A stretch of DNA of 63,154 nt, counting the filler, from Octopus bimaculoides (Eukaryota): the NCBI RefSeq assembly GCF_001194135.2. It is 6 parts of 6 records of this genome, joined end to end, with 100 filler letters (N's around TTAATTAATTAA, not from the genome) between each part and the next. Parts side by side here need not be neighbours in the genome. Positions count along the whole stretch, not along the records: positions 50,401 to 63,154 come from NC_068986.1; 5 more parts are not named here. The stretch is one strand, 5' to 3'. Of this stretch, positions 52,408 to 63,154 are shown piece by piece. The translations under genes were made by a program, and so were the position numbers. The notes under the pieces are model-generated. The model made no database searches. It had not been told where the DNA came from and saw nothing but the letters and a program-made list of their open reading frames with translations. The first letter of the stretch is position 1. The number at the start of each line of letters is the position of its first letter.

Positions 52408-52622
52408 TGCGATGGGTTGTTGAAAAGTTCATGACTTTCAGGGTGAAAGGCCTGGTTGGAGGTCCAACATTCCGAGTTCTTTTACAGGGCTTATAAAAAC
52501 CGAAGAACCGCTGCAATAAGCACATGAATGTGAATGGGGAATATGTTGAATAATATCATAATTACCGGAACCTGCTATATTTTCTTTTACTCAACGCCAG
52601 GAACTTTTCATCCTCCAGTTCA
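52408..52622 (+). mobile_element. Mariner-derived MITE, copy 1
   Basis: GGG..TGAAAAGTTC / CCAGGAACTTTTCA.CC terminal inverted motifs; internal transposase end (GL.K..NRCNK..N.NGEYVE*-like). Confidence 0.6.
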
Positions 52623-52636
52623 TAAATTATACATAC

Positions 52637-52723
<87 letters not shown>

Positions 52724-52751
52724 CATGCATATATACACACACACATACACA

Positions 52752-52960
52752 TGTAGAGGGGTAGCTGAAAAGTTCTTGGCTTAAAGTAGGTCGCGAATGG
52801 CCTCGTTGGAGACCCAAACTTTCCAAGTTCTTCTACATGGCTTAGAAAAACTGAAGGACAGCTGCAATAAGTGAATCTGAGAAGGAAATAAAATCATAAT
52901 TAACTAACTCCCTGTGATTTTTTTTACACAAAGCCAGGAACATTTCTGCCCTCACTACGT
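52752..52960 (+). mobile_element. Mariner-derived MITE, copy 2
   Basis: GAGGGGTAGCTGAAAAGTTCTTGGCTT ... AAGCCAGGAACATTTCTGCCCTC; internal GLEKLKDSCNK; diverged paralog of copy 1. Confidence 0.6.
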
Positions 52961-53384
52961 ATTTCTATTTGAAAAAAGGAATAAATTCATAAACGATATA
53001 AATTGTAATTCGTTGGTTGATTGGTCGATTGGCTAGCGGATTGGTTGGTCATTCAGTCAGTTTGTTGTATGGTTGGTTTTTTTTACTAGTCACGTTTTGC
53101 ATAGTATAGATAGAAAGGGAGAAAGACATAGAGAGAGAGAGAGAGAGAGAGAGAGTGAGAGAGAGTGTGTGTGTGAGAGAGAGAGAGAGATAGAGAGAGT
53201 AGGAAAGAAAAACAGAAAGCCTTAACGTAAGTGGTGCTGGATGAGTGCACATACTTGGCTTAATGACAGGCAATGAGTAAATGAACGTTACAACTACACA
53301 TAGACACCCAATGGGAAGCATAGAGGAGAAGGAGTTGTAGTAAATGAAAAAAAGATGAGTTTTTCAAGGAGTAGACTGTGATTA

Positions 53385-53725
53385 TTCTTTTATATGTCTC
53401 AATCATTAGACTGCGGCCATGCTGAGGCAACAGCTTAAAAAAATCTTAGTCGAACGAATCTGTTCCAGTACTCATGTTTTTAAAACCTGGTACTTATTAT
53501 ATGGGTATCTTTTACCGAACCGCTACATACATGCACACACACACACACACACACACAAATGATGGGCTTTGCTCAGTTTCCGTCAAACCAAATCTACTCG
53601 CAAGGCTTTCGTCGGCTAGAAGTTACAGTAGAAAACACTTGTCCTTGGAGTCACACAATGCTAATGAACCCGGCATATTGTGGTTGAGAAACAAGCTTCT
53701 TACCACATGACCATGCATGCGCCTG
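53385..53725 (-). mobile_element. SINE family A, diverged
   Basis: GACTGCGGCCATGCTG..CCGAACCGCTA..CAGTTTCCGTC..GCTTCTTACCAC. Confidence 0.7.
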
Positions 53726-53914
53726 ATAAAAATTTAAAAATCATTAACATATGTGTTGAAAATATACAAATTAGAAATTTATTTTACCTAATTTTCTTTT
53801 CAATAAATGAATATTTGTCTTTCGAAAGTTAATTTCGATTTCATCCTTTTTTTATAAGCGCTAGGGAACTTGATAAAGTTTATGTTTTTGTTTCAGCTAT
53901 TAGACGCTGCCATC

Positions 53915-54720
53915 TCTCGTGATATTACCCTTCTGTATTAACCCTGTTCTATTAACTAGTGACAGTTAGTTTAGAGAGATGTTAGTTGAAGTTTATAGTA
54001 CATTTCATTGCTATTATGTTAAACTGTCGTATGTCCAAATTTGGCCAAACTCATTTTTTTCTCAATATTTATTTTTGTTTGAAATAACCGGTTCTTTTGG
54101 TCAAATATCGTATTTCCAGCTGTGGAGGCGAAATGGCCCAGTGGTTAGGGCAGCGAACTCGCGGTCATAGGATAGAGGTTTCGATTCTCAGACCGGGCGT
54201 TGTGAGTGTTTATTGAGCGAAAAAACCTAAAGCTCCACGAGGCTCCGGCAGGGGATGGTGGCGAACCCTGCTGTACTCTTTCACCACAACTTTCTCTCAC
54301 TCTTACTTCCTGTTTCTGTTGTGCCTGTAATTCAAAGGGTCAGTCTTGTCACACTGTGTCACGCTGAATATCCCTGAGAACTACATTAAGAGTACACGTG
54401 TCTGTGGAGTGCTCAGCCACTTGGACGTTAATTTCACGAGCAGGCTGTTCCGTTGATCGGATCAACTGGAACCCTCGACATCGTAAGCGACAGAGCGCCA
54501 ACAATCTTGTGATATTACGCTTCTATATTAACCCTGCTCTTTTAACAACGAGGTGGTGACAAGTTAGTTTAGAGAGACGTTAGTTGAAGTTTATAATACA
54601 TTTCATTGCTATTATGTTTAACTGTCGTATGTCCAAATTTGGCCAAACGCATTTTTTTCTCAATATTTATTTTAGCTTGCAATATCCGGTTTTGGGTGTC
54701 AAATATCGTATTTCCAGCTG
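53915..54720 (+). repeat. ~205-bp diverged direct repeats flanking a SINE
   Basis: 53915-54122 is similar to 54505-54720 (CATTTCATTGCTATTATG..CAAATATCGTATTTCCAGCTG). Confidence 0.85.
54122..54505 (+). mobile_element. tRNA-derived SINE family C, full length
   Basis: Colinear with 24856-25243. Confidence 0.9.
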
Positions 54721-55149
54721 CTTCAGATACCAAGATATCAAAAATTGCCAAAGTATAGTATAATGGTTTTGTTATGAAACGATGAAACTATTTTTTTTTT
54801 TTTCGTTTTCCGAATAGCAACGATTTGTAGTCTCAAACTGTAGAGTTTGTTAAATGTACCGGTTGGTCAACTCCTTGTGTTAGCGTTTCACTTACTCTCT
54901 CAAACAATTCTCCTTTATACAAGATTGAAGGAACTTCAATTGACGATTGCAGAAAAAAAAAAAGGTTGCACTGAATCTGCTCAACACCGACAGATCTAAC
55001 AGAATTTACTCACCTGATTACCATAGAAACATAATTGTTTCATCCGGTCACTTAAAATCTACAAAACGACGTTTTCCAGGATTGGCGGAATATTAATGCG
55101 AGATCAACGCATATTGAAGGAGAAGATTGAGTGCATTGTGACTGAATTA

Positions 55150-55900
55150 GCGTTGTTGAGTTTTCCAGGACGAGTTGTTCATGCACTTGGAATTACCTTT
55201 GTTCATCCTTTTCGCAGGTCTTGTTTTAAGTCCTGCTGGGTTTCTAACAACCCTTCTCACCAGGCAAACCTAGTGGGGTTACCCGTTTGGTTCTCGATGA
55301 CCCGATCGTGCAAGCAGGAGGTAGTGGATTCCGTGTTACCAGTAGTAGTCATGAGAGATCGCACAAGTGATCTGACCAAATGAACTTAGCGTAGATTCGA
55401 CGATTATCTAGCAATAGCGCGGGCTCTAAGAAATTTCGGATTGATGCCAGGCGTGCTGGGAGATCATTGGGAGTAAGGCACCTCTTAGCTTTTATTAAAG
55501 CATGTCTTTAGTACATGTTTCAAACCCATACTGCGTCTGCTTTGATAATTGGCGATGATTTGGACAGTGAATCTTCTGCAACGGTCGACGGTAAGACGAG
55601 ATTCGACTGATCACACTGCCCCAAAGTCGATATACATGTGACCACATCGGAATTTTTATTTCCACTAAAACTTCGAACATGAACAACTCGCTACTTGGAG
55701 CCTGCTTAACCCATCCTGGGTGAATGCCGCCACAAGCATTTGGGATTACCAGATTCAAAATTGGGGAAATCATGATGTTTTTCCATGCAGGGCAATAATT
55801 AATTACCATATGAAAGGAAATGATATATTTCTGTTAGAAGTGAGTGCGCAGGCTTTTGTGTGTGCGTCATGTAATTACCCGTCAATTTCAATATATGGGA
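55150..55900 (-). pseudogene. Highly decayed RTE-like LINE 3' region
   Basis: YGFETC (YGxETW-like) and weak downstream similarity; many stops. Confidence 0.35.
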
Positions 55901-58059
55901 GACCAGTTGTTCGGCCAAATTTAGCGACCTATTAACTGAATTAGCATGAGAGGTGACTGAGTATTCCTTGGCATGTGTACTCGTAACCGTACCGCATTTT
56001 CAGCTTGAATCTGCACGACACAGTATGATAAGACGTACAAGTACGATCCATCTGATGCGCTTCTCCACAGTTTCTGTCCATCCAAATTTACCATGGATGG
56101 AGTCAAGATTATGTGTGTGTGGTTTATTTCAGTCATTGGACTGCTACTATATTGGAGCAATGTTCTGAAGTCTTTATTCGAGGGATTCAACGCCATTTTA
56201 AAATCTTGTAGTTAACTCTATAAGTTTGTGTTCATGGAACAGCTGAATGACGAAGATGTAAAGAAAACAACTACAATTGTCGAAGTGGGGATGGGTGAAG
56301 AAGCAAACACAAACAACCCAACCCCCATATGTGTGTGTGTATGTGTGTGTGTTTGTGTGTTTGTGTATTTGTGTGTGCGTGTGTGTGTGGCACGTTTATG
56401 TTTGCTTCGTCAATCACTCCCCATTTCGACAATTGTAGTTCGTTTCTTTACAACTTCGTCATACATCTGTTCCGTAAAAGTGAACCTATAAAGTTAGCAA
56501 CCAGATTTCAAAACGGCGTCGATTTGCTCGACTTCAGAGCATTACTCCAATATGGTGGCAGTCTAATAACTGAAATAAACCAAATATAATAAAGATACAA
56601 TGTCTATGTCTTTTTTGCTTAAGATCGTAGGAAACTACAGGAATTTACCTTCAAGAGAAACCATGAAGTCATACCGAACTGACCAGGAGATATGTGGGAT
56701 TGCTATACAGAAAAAAATGTTGGCTCTGTAGCATGAATCTTAAACACGTTGGATAACTTAGTTCTTACTTTATCACAATATATTAAATTTCTATTCCAAT
56801 CTTTTATAACCTGCGTCATAGATTATTTTTATACTATACATATCAAACAATTATCATTGAGAAATATGCAGCATCATAGAAGATTTTTAGTAAATATTTT
56901 ATGAAAAGATATAGGAGTCATAAATATATATTTTTTTTTTCAGATGCAACAAGAAAGCAGACGATATTTGTTTCTTAAAAAATAGTATCAAAATTTTGCA
57001 ATCTGATATATGTGTACGTGTCAATNNNNNNNNNNNNNNNNNNNNNNNNNNNNNNNNNNNNNNNNNNNNNNNNNNNNNNNNNNNNNNNNNNNNNNNNNNN
57101 NNNNNNNNNNNNNNNNNNNNNNNNNNNNNNNNNNNNNNNNNNNNNNNNNNNNNNNNNNNNNNNNNNNNNNNNNNNNNNNNNNNNNNNNNNNNNNNNNNNN
57201 NNNNNNNNNNNNNNNNNNNNNNNNNNNNNNNNNNNNNNNNNNNNNNNNNNNNNNNNNNNNNNNNNNNNNNNNNNNNNNNNNNNNNNNNNNNNNNNNNNNN
57301 NNNNNNNNNNNNNNNNNNNNNNNNNNNNNNNNNNNNNNNNNNNNNNNNNNNNNNNNNNNNNNNNNNNNNNNNNNNNNNNNNNNNNNNNNNNNNNNNNNNN
57401 NNNNNNNNNNNNNNNNNNNNNNNNNNNNNNNNNNNNNNNNNNNNNNNNNNNNNNNNNNNNNNNNNNNNNNNNNNNNNNNNNNNNNNNNNNNNNNNNNNNN
57501 NNNNNNNNNNNNNNNNNNNNNNNNNNNNNNNNNNNNNNNNNNNNNNNNNNNNNNNNNNNNNNNNNNNNNNNNNNNNNNNNNNNNNNNNNNNNNNNNNNNN
57601 NNNNNNNNNNNNNNNNNNNNNNNNNNNNNNNNNNNNNNNNNNNNNNNNNNNNNNNNNNNNNNNNNNNNNNNNNNNNNNNNNNNNNNNNNNNNNNNNNNNN
57701 NNNNNNNNNNNNNNNNNNNNNNNNNNNNNNNNNNNNNNNNNNNNNNNNNNNNNNNNNNNNNNNNNNNNNNNNNNNNNNNNNNNNNNNNNNNNNNNNNNNN
57801 NNNNNNNNNNNNNNNNNNNNNNNNNNNNNNNNNNNNNNNNNNNNNNNNNNNNNNNNNNNNNNNNNNNNNNNNNNNNNNNNNNNNNNNNNNNNNNNNNNNN
57901 NNNNNNNNNNNNNNNNNNNNTATATATATCGACATATACGTATATGTTTATAACTCAGTCAGAATATTTGCTTATATATAGAGGGATCCACATGAGCTCG
58001 CCATCAACAGAAACTAGATGTGCGATTGATGAACAGTGAGAAACCCAGATATATATATA

Positions 58060-58295
58060 AATATTTCTTTATTACCCAAACGGGGATAAACATAAAGGGG
58101 ACAAACAAGGACAGATAAAGGAATTTAGTCGATTACATCGACGCCAGTGTGTAACTGGTACTTATTTAATAGTCCCCGGAAAGAGGAAAGGCAAAGTCGA
58201 CCTCGGCGGAATCGGAACTCTGAACGTAAGAGCAGACGAAATACCGTTAAGCATTTCGCCCGGCGAGCAAGCGATTCTACCGCCTCGCCAGCTCA
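58060..58295 (-). mobile_element. SINE family B
   Basis: Colinear with 52140-52380. Confidence 0.8.
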
Positions 58296-59131
58296 TCGCT
58301 TTTTAACCCGGATATATATAACAAGAATCTTACACACATTGGATCATTTGAGTTTTAATTTATCCAAAATTATTAAATTACTGTTCAATTCTACTTAAAA
58401 TATATCTTATAGTCGTCTCTTTTACGTGACTTATCAAATATTTTTCTTAGAGAAGTAAGTAGCATTATTGAAGGTTTTGGCAAATTATTCTGATGAAATA
58501 GGATCGCATGCTTTAAATTTTAAACACATACACACACGTGTACGTTGGACGATATAAATATATAGTTCCCCCTCTCTCTCTCCCTCTCCGTCTCTATGCA
58601 CTACTAAAACAGAATCTCAAGGTGGACAAGACAATTTCAAAAAGTTCCATTGGATGGAATTGCCCATGTCAAGTCTAATGCTTTGAAGTTGATACTCCAG
58701 TATGGCCGCAGTCCAGTAACTGAAGAATGTATTAGGAAATAGATATATACACATGTATTTACACAAAAAGTCTGATCTTCGCTTATATAAAGCTGGAATT
58801 GCATGACTTCCCCGTGAAGAAATAAGAAGTGATACTCAACTACCAAAGATATGCGACAAAACCGGATATATATAACAAGAATGTTATACACATTGGATGA
58901 TCTGAGTTTTAATTCATCCAAAAATATTAAATTACTGTTCAGCTCTATTAAAAAATTCCTCATAGTCGTCTCTTTTACTTCGCATAACAAATCATTTTTA
59001 TAGAGAAATAAGTAGCATTATTGAAGGTTTTGGAAAATTATTCTGATGAAATAGGATGACGTGCTTCGAATTTCAAATAATTAACACACGTGTACATTGG
59101 ATGATATTAATATATAGTTCAACCCCTCTAG

Positions 59132-59181
<50 letters not shown>

Positions 59182-59498
59182 NNNNNNNNNNNNNNNNNNN
59201 NTCATCTCTGTGTGTCTCTCTCTCTATCTCTCTGTCTCTCTATCTCTGTGTCTCTCTATCTCTGTGTCTCTCTATCTCTGTGTCTCTCTATCTCTGTGTC
59301 TCTCTATCTCTGTGTGTCTCTCTCTCCATCTCTGTGTGTCTCTCTCTCCATCTCTGTGTTTCTCTCTCTCTCCATCTCTGTGTGTCTCTCTCTCTCTCCA
59401 TCTCTGTGTCTCTCTCTCTCCATCTCTGTGTCTCTCTCGCTCTCTAAACATATACATATATACATACATACATACATACATACATACATACATACGTT

Positions 59499-59722
59499 GT
59501 TGTTGTTGGCACTCCATCGGTTACGACGACGAGGGTTTCAGTTGATCCGATCAACGGAACAGCCTGCTCGTGAAATTAACGTGCAAGTGGCTGAGCACTC
59601 CACAGACACGTGTACCCTTAACGTAGTTCTCGGGGGAGATTCAGCGTGACACAGAGTGTGACAAGGCTGGCCCCTTTGAAATACAGGTACAACAGAAACA
59701 GGAAGAAAGAGTGAGGGAAAGT
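59499..59722 (-). mobile_element. SINE family C, 3' part
   Basis: Reverse complement of the family C 3' region. Confidence 0.85.
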
Positions 59723-62700
59723 TGTGAGGGTCGTTTTGTTCGACTAAACACTTCAACACAGTGCTCCAGCATGGCCGCTATCCCATCCATGAAGACAAGT
59801 GTGACGTTTTGTGAGTTTGAGTGTGTTTGTGTTTGTCTGTGTCTGTGTACGTGTGTTTCCATGCTTGAGAGCGAGTGAGAGGAAGAGACAAAGTGACTGA
59901 GTGAGAGTGAGAGAAATATACAGAGAAAGAGACAGAAACAGAGAAAGGGAGAGAAATGGGGGTAAGTGAGAGAGATATAAAAAATGAGAGAGAACGAAGT
60001 TGACGAGGAACTGAGTGATANNNNNNNNNNATTTTACAGCTAGCTGTTTGGTAAAAGCGAACTGATAGGATCAGAACCAAGCTTAAAATAACTGGAGTGG
60101 ATTCGATCGATTTAAGTAGGTAAGGACAACGATTGAAGAGGAACTGAGCGCAACACAATGCCCGTTTGTGAGGCTAGGTTCGGTGCACCACTAAAATAGT
60201 ATTTCAAGATGGGCAACACAATTGAAAAGGGTCCATTGGATGAAATTGCCCATGCCAAGACTAAAGCGTCGAAGTTGATGTTCCAGTATGGCCGCAGTCC
60301 AATAACTAAAGTCAGTATTATATATATATAGCAATATATCCATGGATTTATAACAAAAAGTCTGATTTTTGGATACATATATAGGGGGGGGGGGCTATAC
60401 GAGCTCCCGAGCAAGAGAAACTAGAAAGTCATACTCAACCGATTATCACAGACATGCGATTGCTGGACCGCGATAAACCCAAGTGTATATAATAAAAAGC
60501 TTACACACATTAGATGATTTGGGTTTTAATTTATTGAGAAATTACTGTTCAACTCTATTAAAAAATCTCTCAAAGCCGTCTCTTTTACTTCATATATCAA
60601 ATAATTTTCTTAGAGAAATAGGTAGCATTGTGGTAGGATTTAAGAAATAATTTTCATGACATAGGACTGCGTTTTTAAAATTTTTAACACAAGCAAACAT
60701 AAACACACGTCGGATACGTCAGATGATATAAACACACAATTCTCCCTCTTCCTCTCACTTTGTCTTTCTCATTCTCTTTCACTCTCTCTATACATACATA
60801 CATAGAAAACTAGACAGACAGATATACAGATAGATAGATAAATGCATTCACACGTACATACATACATACATACATACATACACAATCACACGCACTCTGT
60901 GTAGTTAAGAAACTTGTTTTATAGCTACGCAGTTTTGGGTTTCGTCAAACTACCCGGCACCTTGGACTAATGTTTACTACGGGAGACCTTCATTGATTAA
61001 TGGCTTGGAAATGAGTTTCGTGCCGTTCGCCTAGCGGTTCGAGATAAATCTAACGATAGATTAAGAACCTGACTTCAAAAGAAGTAAGTATTGGGGTTGT
61101 TTTTTTTTTTTTGTTCGAGTAAACTCTTCAAGACTGAACCGTAGCATTGCGGCTGTCCAATCACTGAAGTCAAGGCAGANNNNNNNNNNNNNNNNNNNNN
61201 NNNNNNNNNNNNNNNNNNNNNNNNNNNNNNNNNNNNNNNNNNNNNNNNNNNNNNNNNNNNNNNNNNNNNNNNNNNNNNNNNNNNNNNNNNNNNNNNNNNN
61301 NNNNNNNNNNNNNNNNNNNNNNNNNNNNNNNNNNNNNNNNNNNNNNNNNNNNNNNNNNNNNNNNNNNNNNNNNNNNNNNNNNNNNNNNNNNNNNNNNNNN
61401 NNNNNNNNNNNNNNNNNNNNNNNNNNNNNNNNNNNNNNNNNNNNNNNNNNNNNNNNNNNNNNNNNNNNNNNNNNNNNNNNNNNNNNNNNNNNNNNNNNNN
61501 NNNNNNNNNNNNNNNNNNNNNNNNNNNNNNNNNNNNNNNNNNNNNNNNNNNNNNNNNNNNNNNNNNNNNNNNNNNNNNNNNNNNNNNNNNNNNNNNNNNN
61601 NNNNNNNNNNNNNNNNNNNNNNNNNNNNNNNNNNNNNNNNNNNNNNNNNNNNNNNNNNNNNNNNNNNNNNNNNNNNNNNNNNNNNNNNNNNNNNNNNNNN
61701 NNNNNNNNNNNNNNNNNNNNNNNNNNNNNNNNNNNNNNNNNNNNNNNNNNNNNNNNNNNNNNNNNNNNNNNNNNNNNNNNNNNNNNNNNNNNNNNNNNNN
61801 NNNNNNNNNNNNNNNNNNNNNNNNNNNNNNNNNNNGGGGGGGGAAGAGACCGGGCGATAGCGTCCCTGTAATATAGCTAGCGGTTCGTTAAAAGCGAGCA
61901 GATAAGATAAGAACCAGACTTAAAAGAACTGGGGTGGATTGGTTCGATGAAGGTAGAAATGGACAACGATTGAAGATTAACTGTCCGCATGATATATATG
62001 GTCAGCAAGAATTTGGGTACACTATTGAAAACGAATGTCAAGGTTGACAGACCAGTTAAGTAAAAGGTCCCTTGGAAAGACTAAAACTTTGAATTTGGTG
62101 CTCCAGTATGACCACAGCCCATAACTGAAGAATGTATTAGGTAATATATACGGACATGTAGATATGTATTTAAAAGAAAAAAAAGTCTGATTTTGGGTTA
62201 TATATAGAGGGAGCTACATGAGCTCCCCAGCAAGAGAAACTAGAAAGTCATACTCAACCGACTATCAAAGACATGCGATGGTTACACAGTGACAAAGTCA
62301 GATATATATAACAAGAATGTCAAACAGATTGGATGGTCTGAGTTTTAATTTATTGAGAAATATTAAATTACTGTTCAACACTATTAAAAAATTACTCACA
62401 ATCGACTCTTTCACATCACATATCAAATAATTGTCTTAGAGAAATAGGTAGTATTATTGAAGGTTTTGGCAAATTATTCTGATGAAAATAGGATGATGTA
62501 CTTCAAGTTTTAACAAATACACACATGTGTGCATTGGATGACATAGATATATAACTCTGTCTCTGTCTTTCTCTCTCTCTCTCTCTTCCACTCTCTTTCA
62601 CTTTTTCCCCCTTCTGTAAGCGTATACATAAATGCATACATACCTACATATATGCATATATACATGCAAACAGACATGCATTCATACATACATACGTACA

Positions 62701-63154
62701 TACATACATGCTTACCTACTTACATACAGACAGATACATACATGCTGTGTGGTTAAGGAACTTGTTTTGTAGCAATGCGCCGTACCATGGACAAATGTTT
62801 TCACCGACTAATGGTTTGTAAATGAATTTCGTCCCCTTAACTTGGAGGTTCGGCAAAAAGAGTTGGATGCAGACTTCAAGAGGAATAAGTACTCGCGTCG
62901 CTTTGTTCGACAAGACCTTTCAAGCAAGTGCCCTTGCATGGGTGCTGTGCCATCCCTGAAAACAGGGGAGACGTTGTGTGTGTGTGTGTCTGTGAGTGTA
63001 TGTTTGCGTGCGTTAGAGAAAGAGAGAGAGAGAGAGGAAGAGACGATGGGACTGAGTGAGGGTGAGAGAGTTATACAGAGAATGAGACAGACATAGAGAA
63101 ATAGAGAGAGAGAGAGATGGGGTAGGTCAGAGAGATAGAGAAGGAGAGAGAGAG

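Larger units (their letters stand above)
57950..63154 (+). repeat. Diverged tandem segmental duplication, 4 copies of a ~350-bp core plus flanks
   Basis: The core ATATATAACAAGAAT..TTACTGTTCA..AGAGAA.TA.GTAG..TGATGAAATAGGA occurs at ~58310, ~58865, ~60485 and ~62300. Confidence 0.85.

Noticed and set aside
59033-59085. AATTATT-CUGAUGA...AATAATT hammerhead-like pattern in the tandem array
   Set aside because: GAAA and U16.1 are absent, stem II is poor, and the other three copies do not conserve it.

Overview
AT-rich, microsatellite-saturated eukaryotic DNA with many N gaps. The tRNA-derived SINE families and repeat style suggest an octopus (cephalopod) draft assembly, which is an inference. 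I can support no intact host protein-coding gene; most ORF-track entries are microsatellite or N-gap read-throughs. The window is a transposon graveyard: tRNA-SINEs (at least 4 families), RTE and R4/Dong LINE fragments, Penelope-like (PLE) RT and GIY-YIG fragments, Helitrons, Tc1/mariner (DD37D, rosa-like, mariner MITEs), a Chapaev-like transposase and a MITE with a 9-bp TSD. The main hidden signal is a set of type I hammerhead ribozymes (HHRs) read directly from the sequence. Four are fully formed (1481-1570 -, 12044-12107 -, 45521-45565 +, 47296-47341 -) and several more are decayed. Two are especially notable. One is a ~240-bp tRNA-headed SINE whose 3' part is a Penelope-type HHR tail. The other is a ~562-nt non-coding unit whose upstream repeat begins at its own HHR cleavage position, resembling a retrozyme or circRNA insertion. 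All alignments and folds were done by eye, and element boundaries are approximate unless termini are stated.
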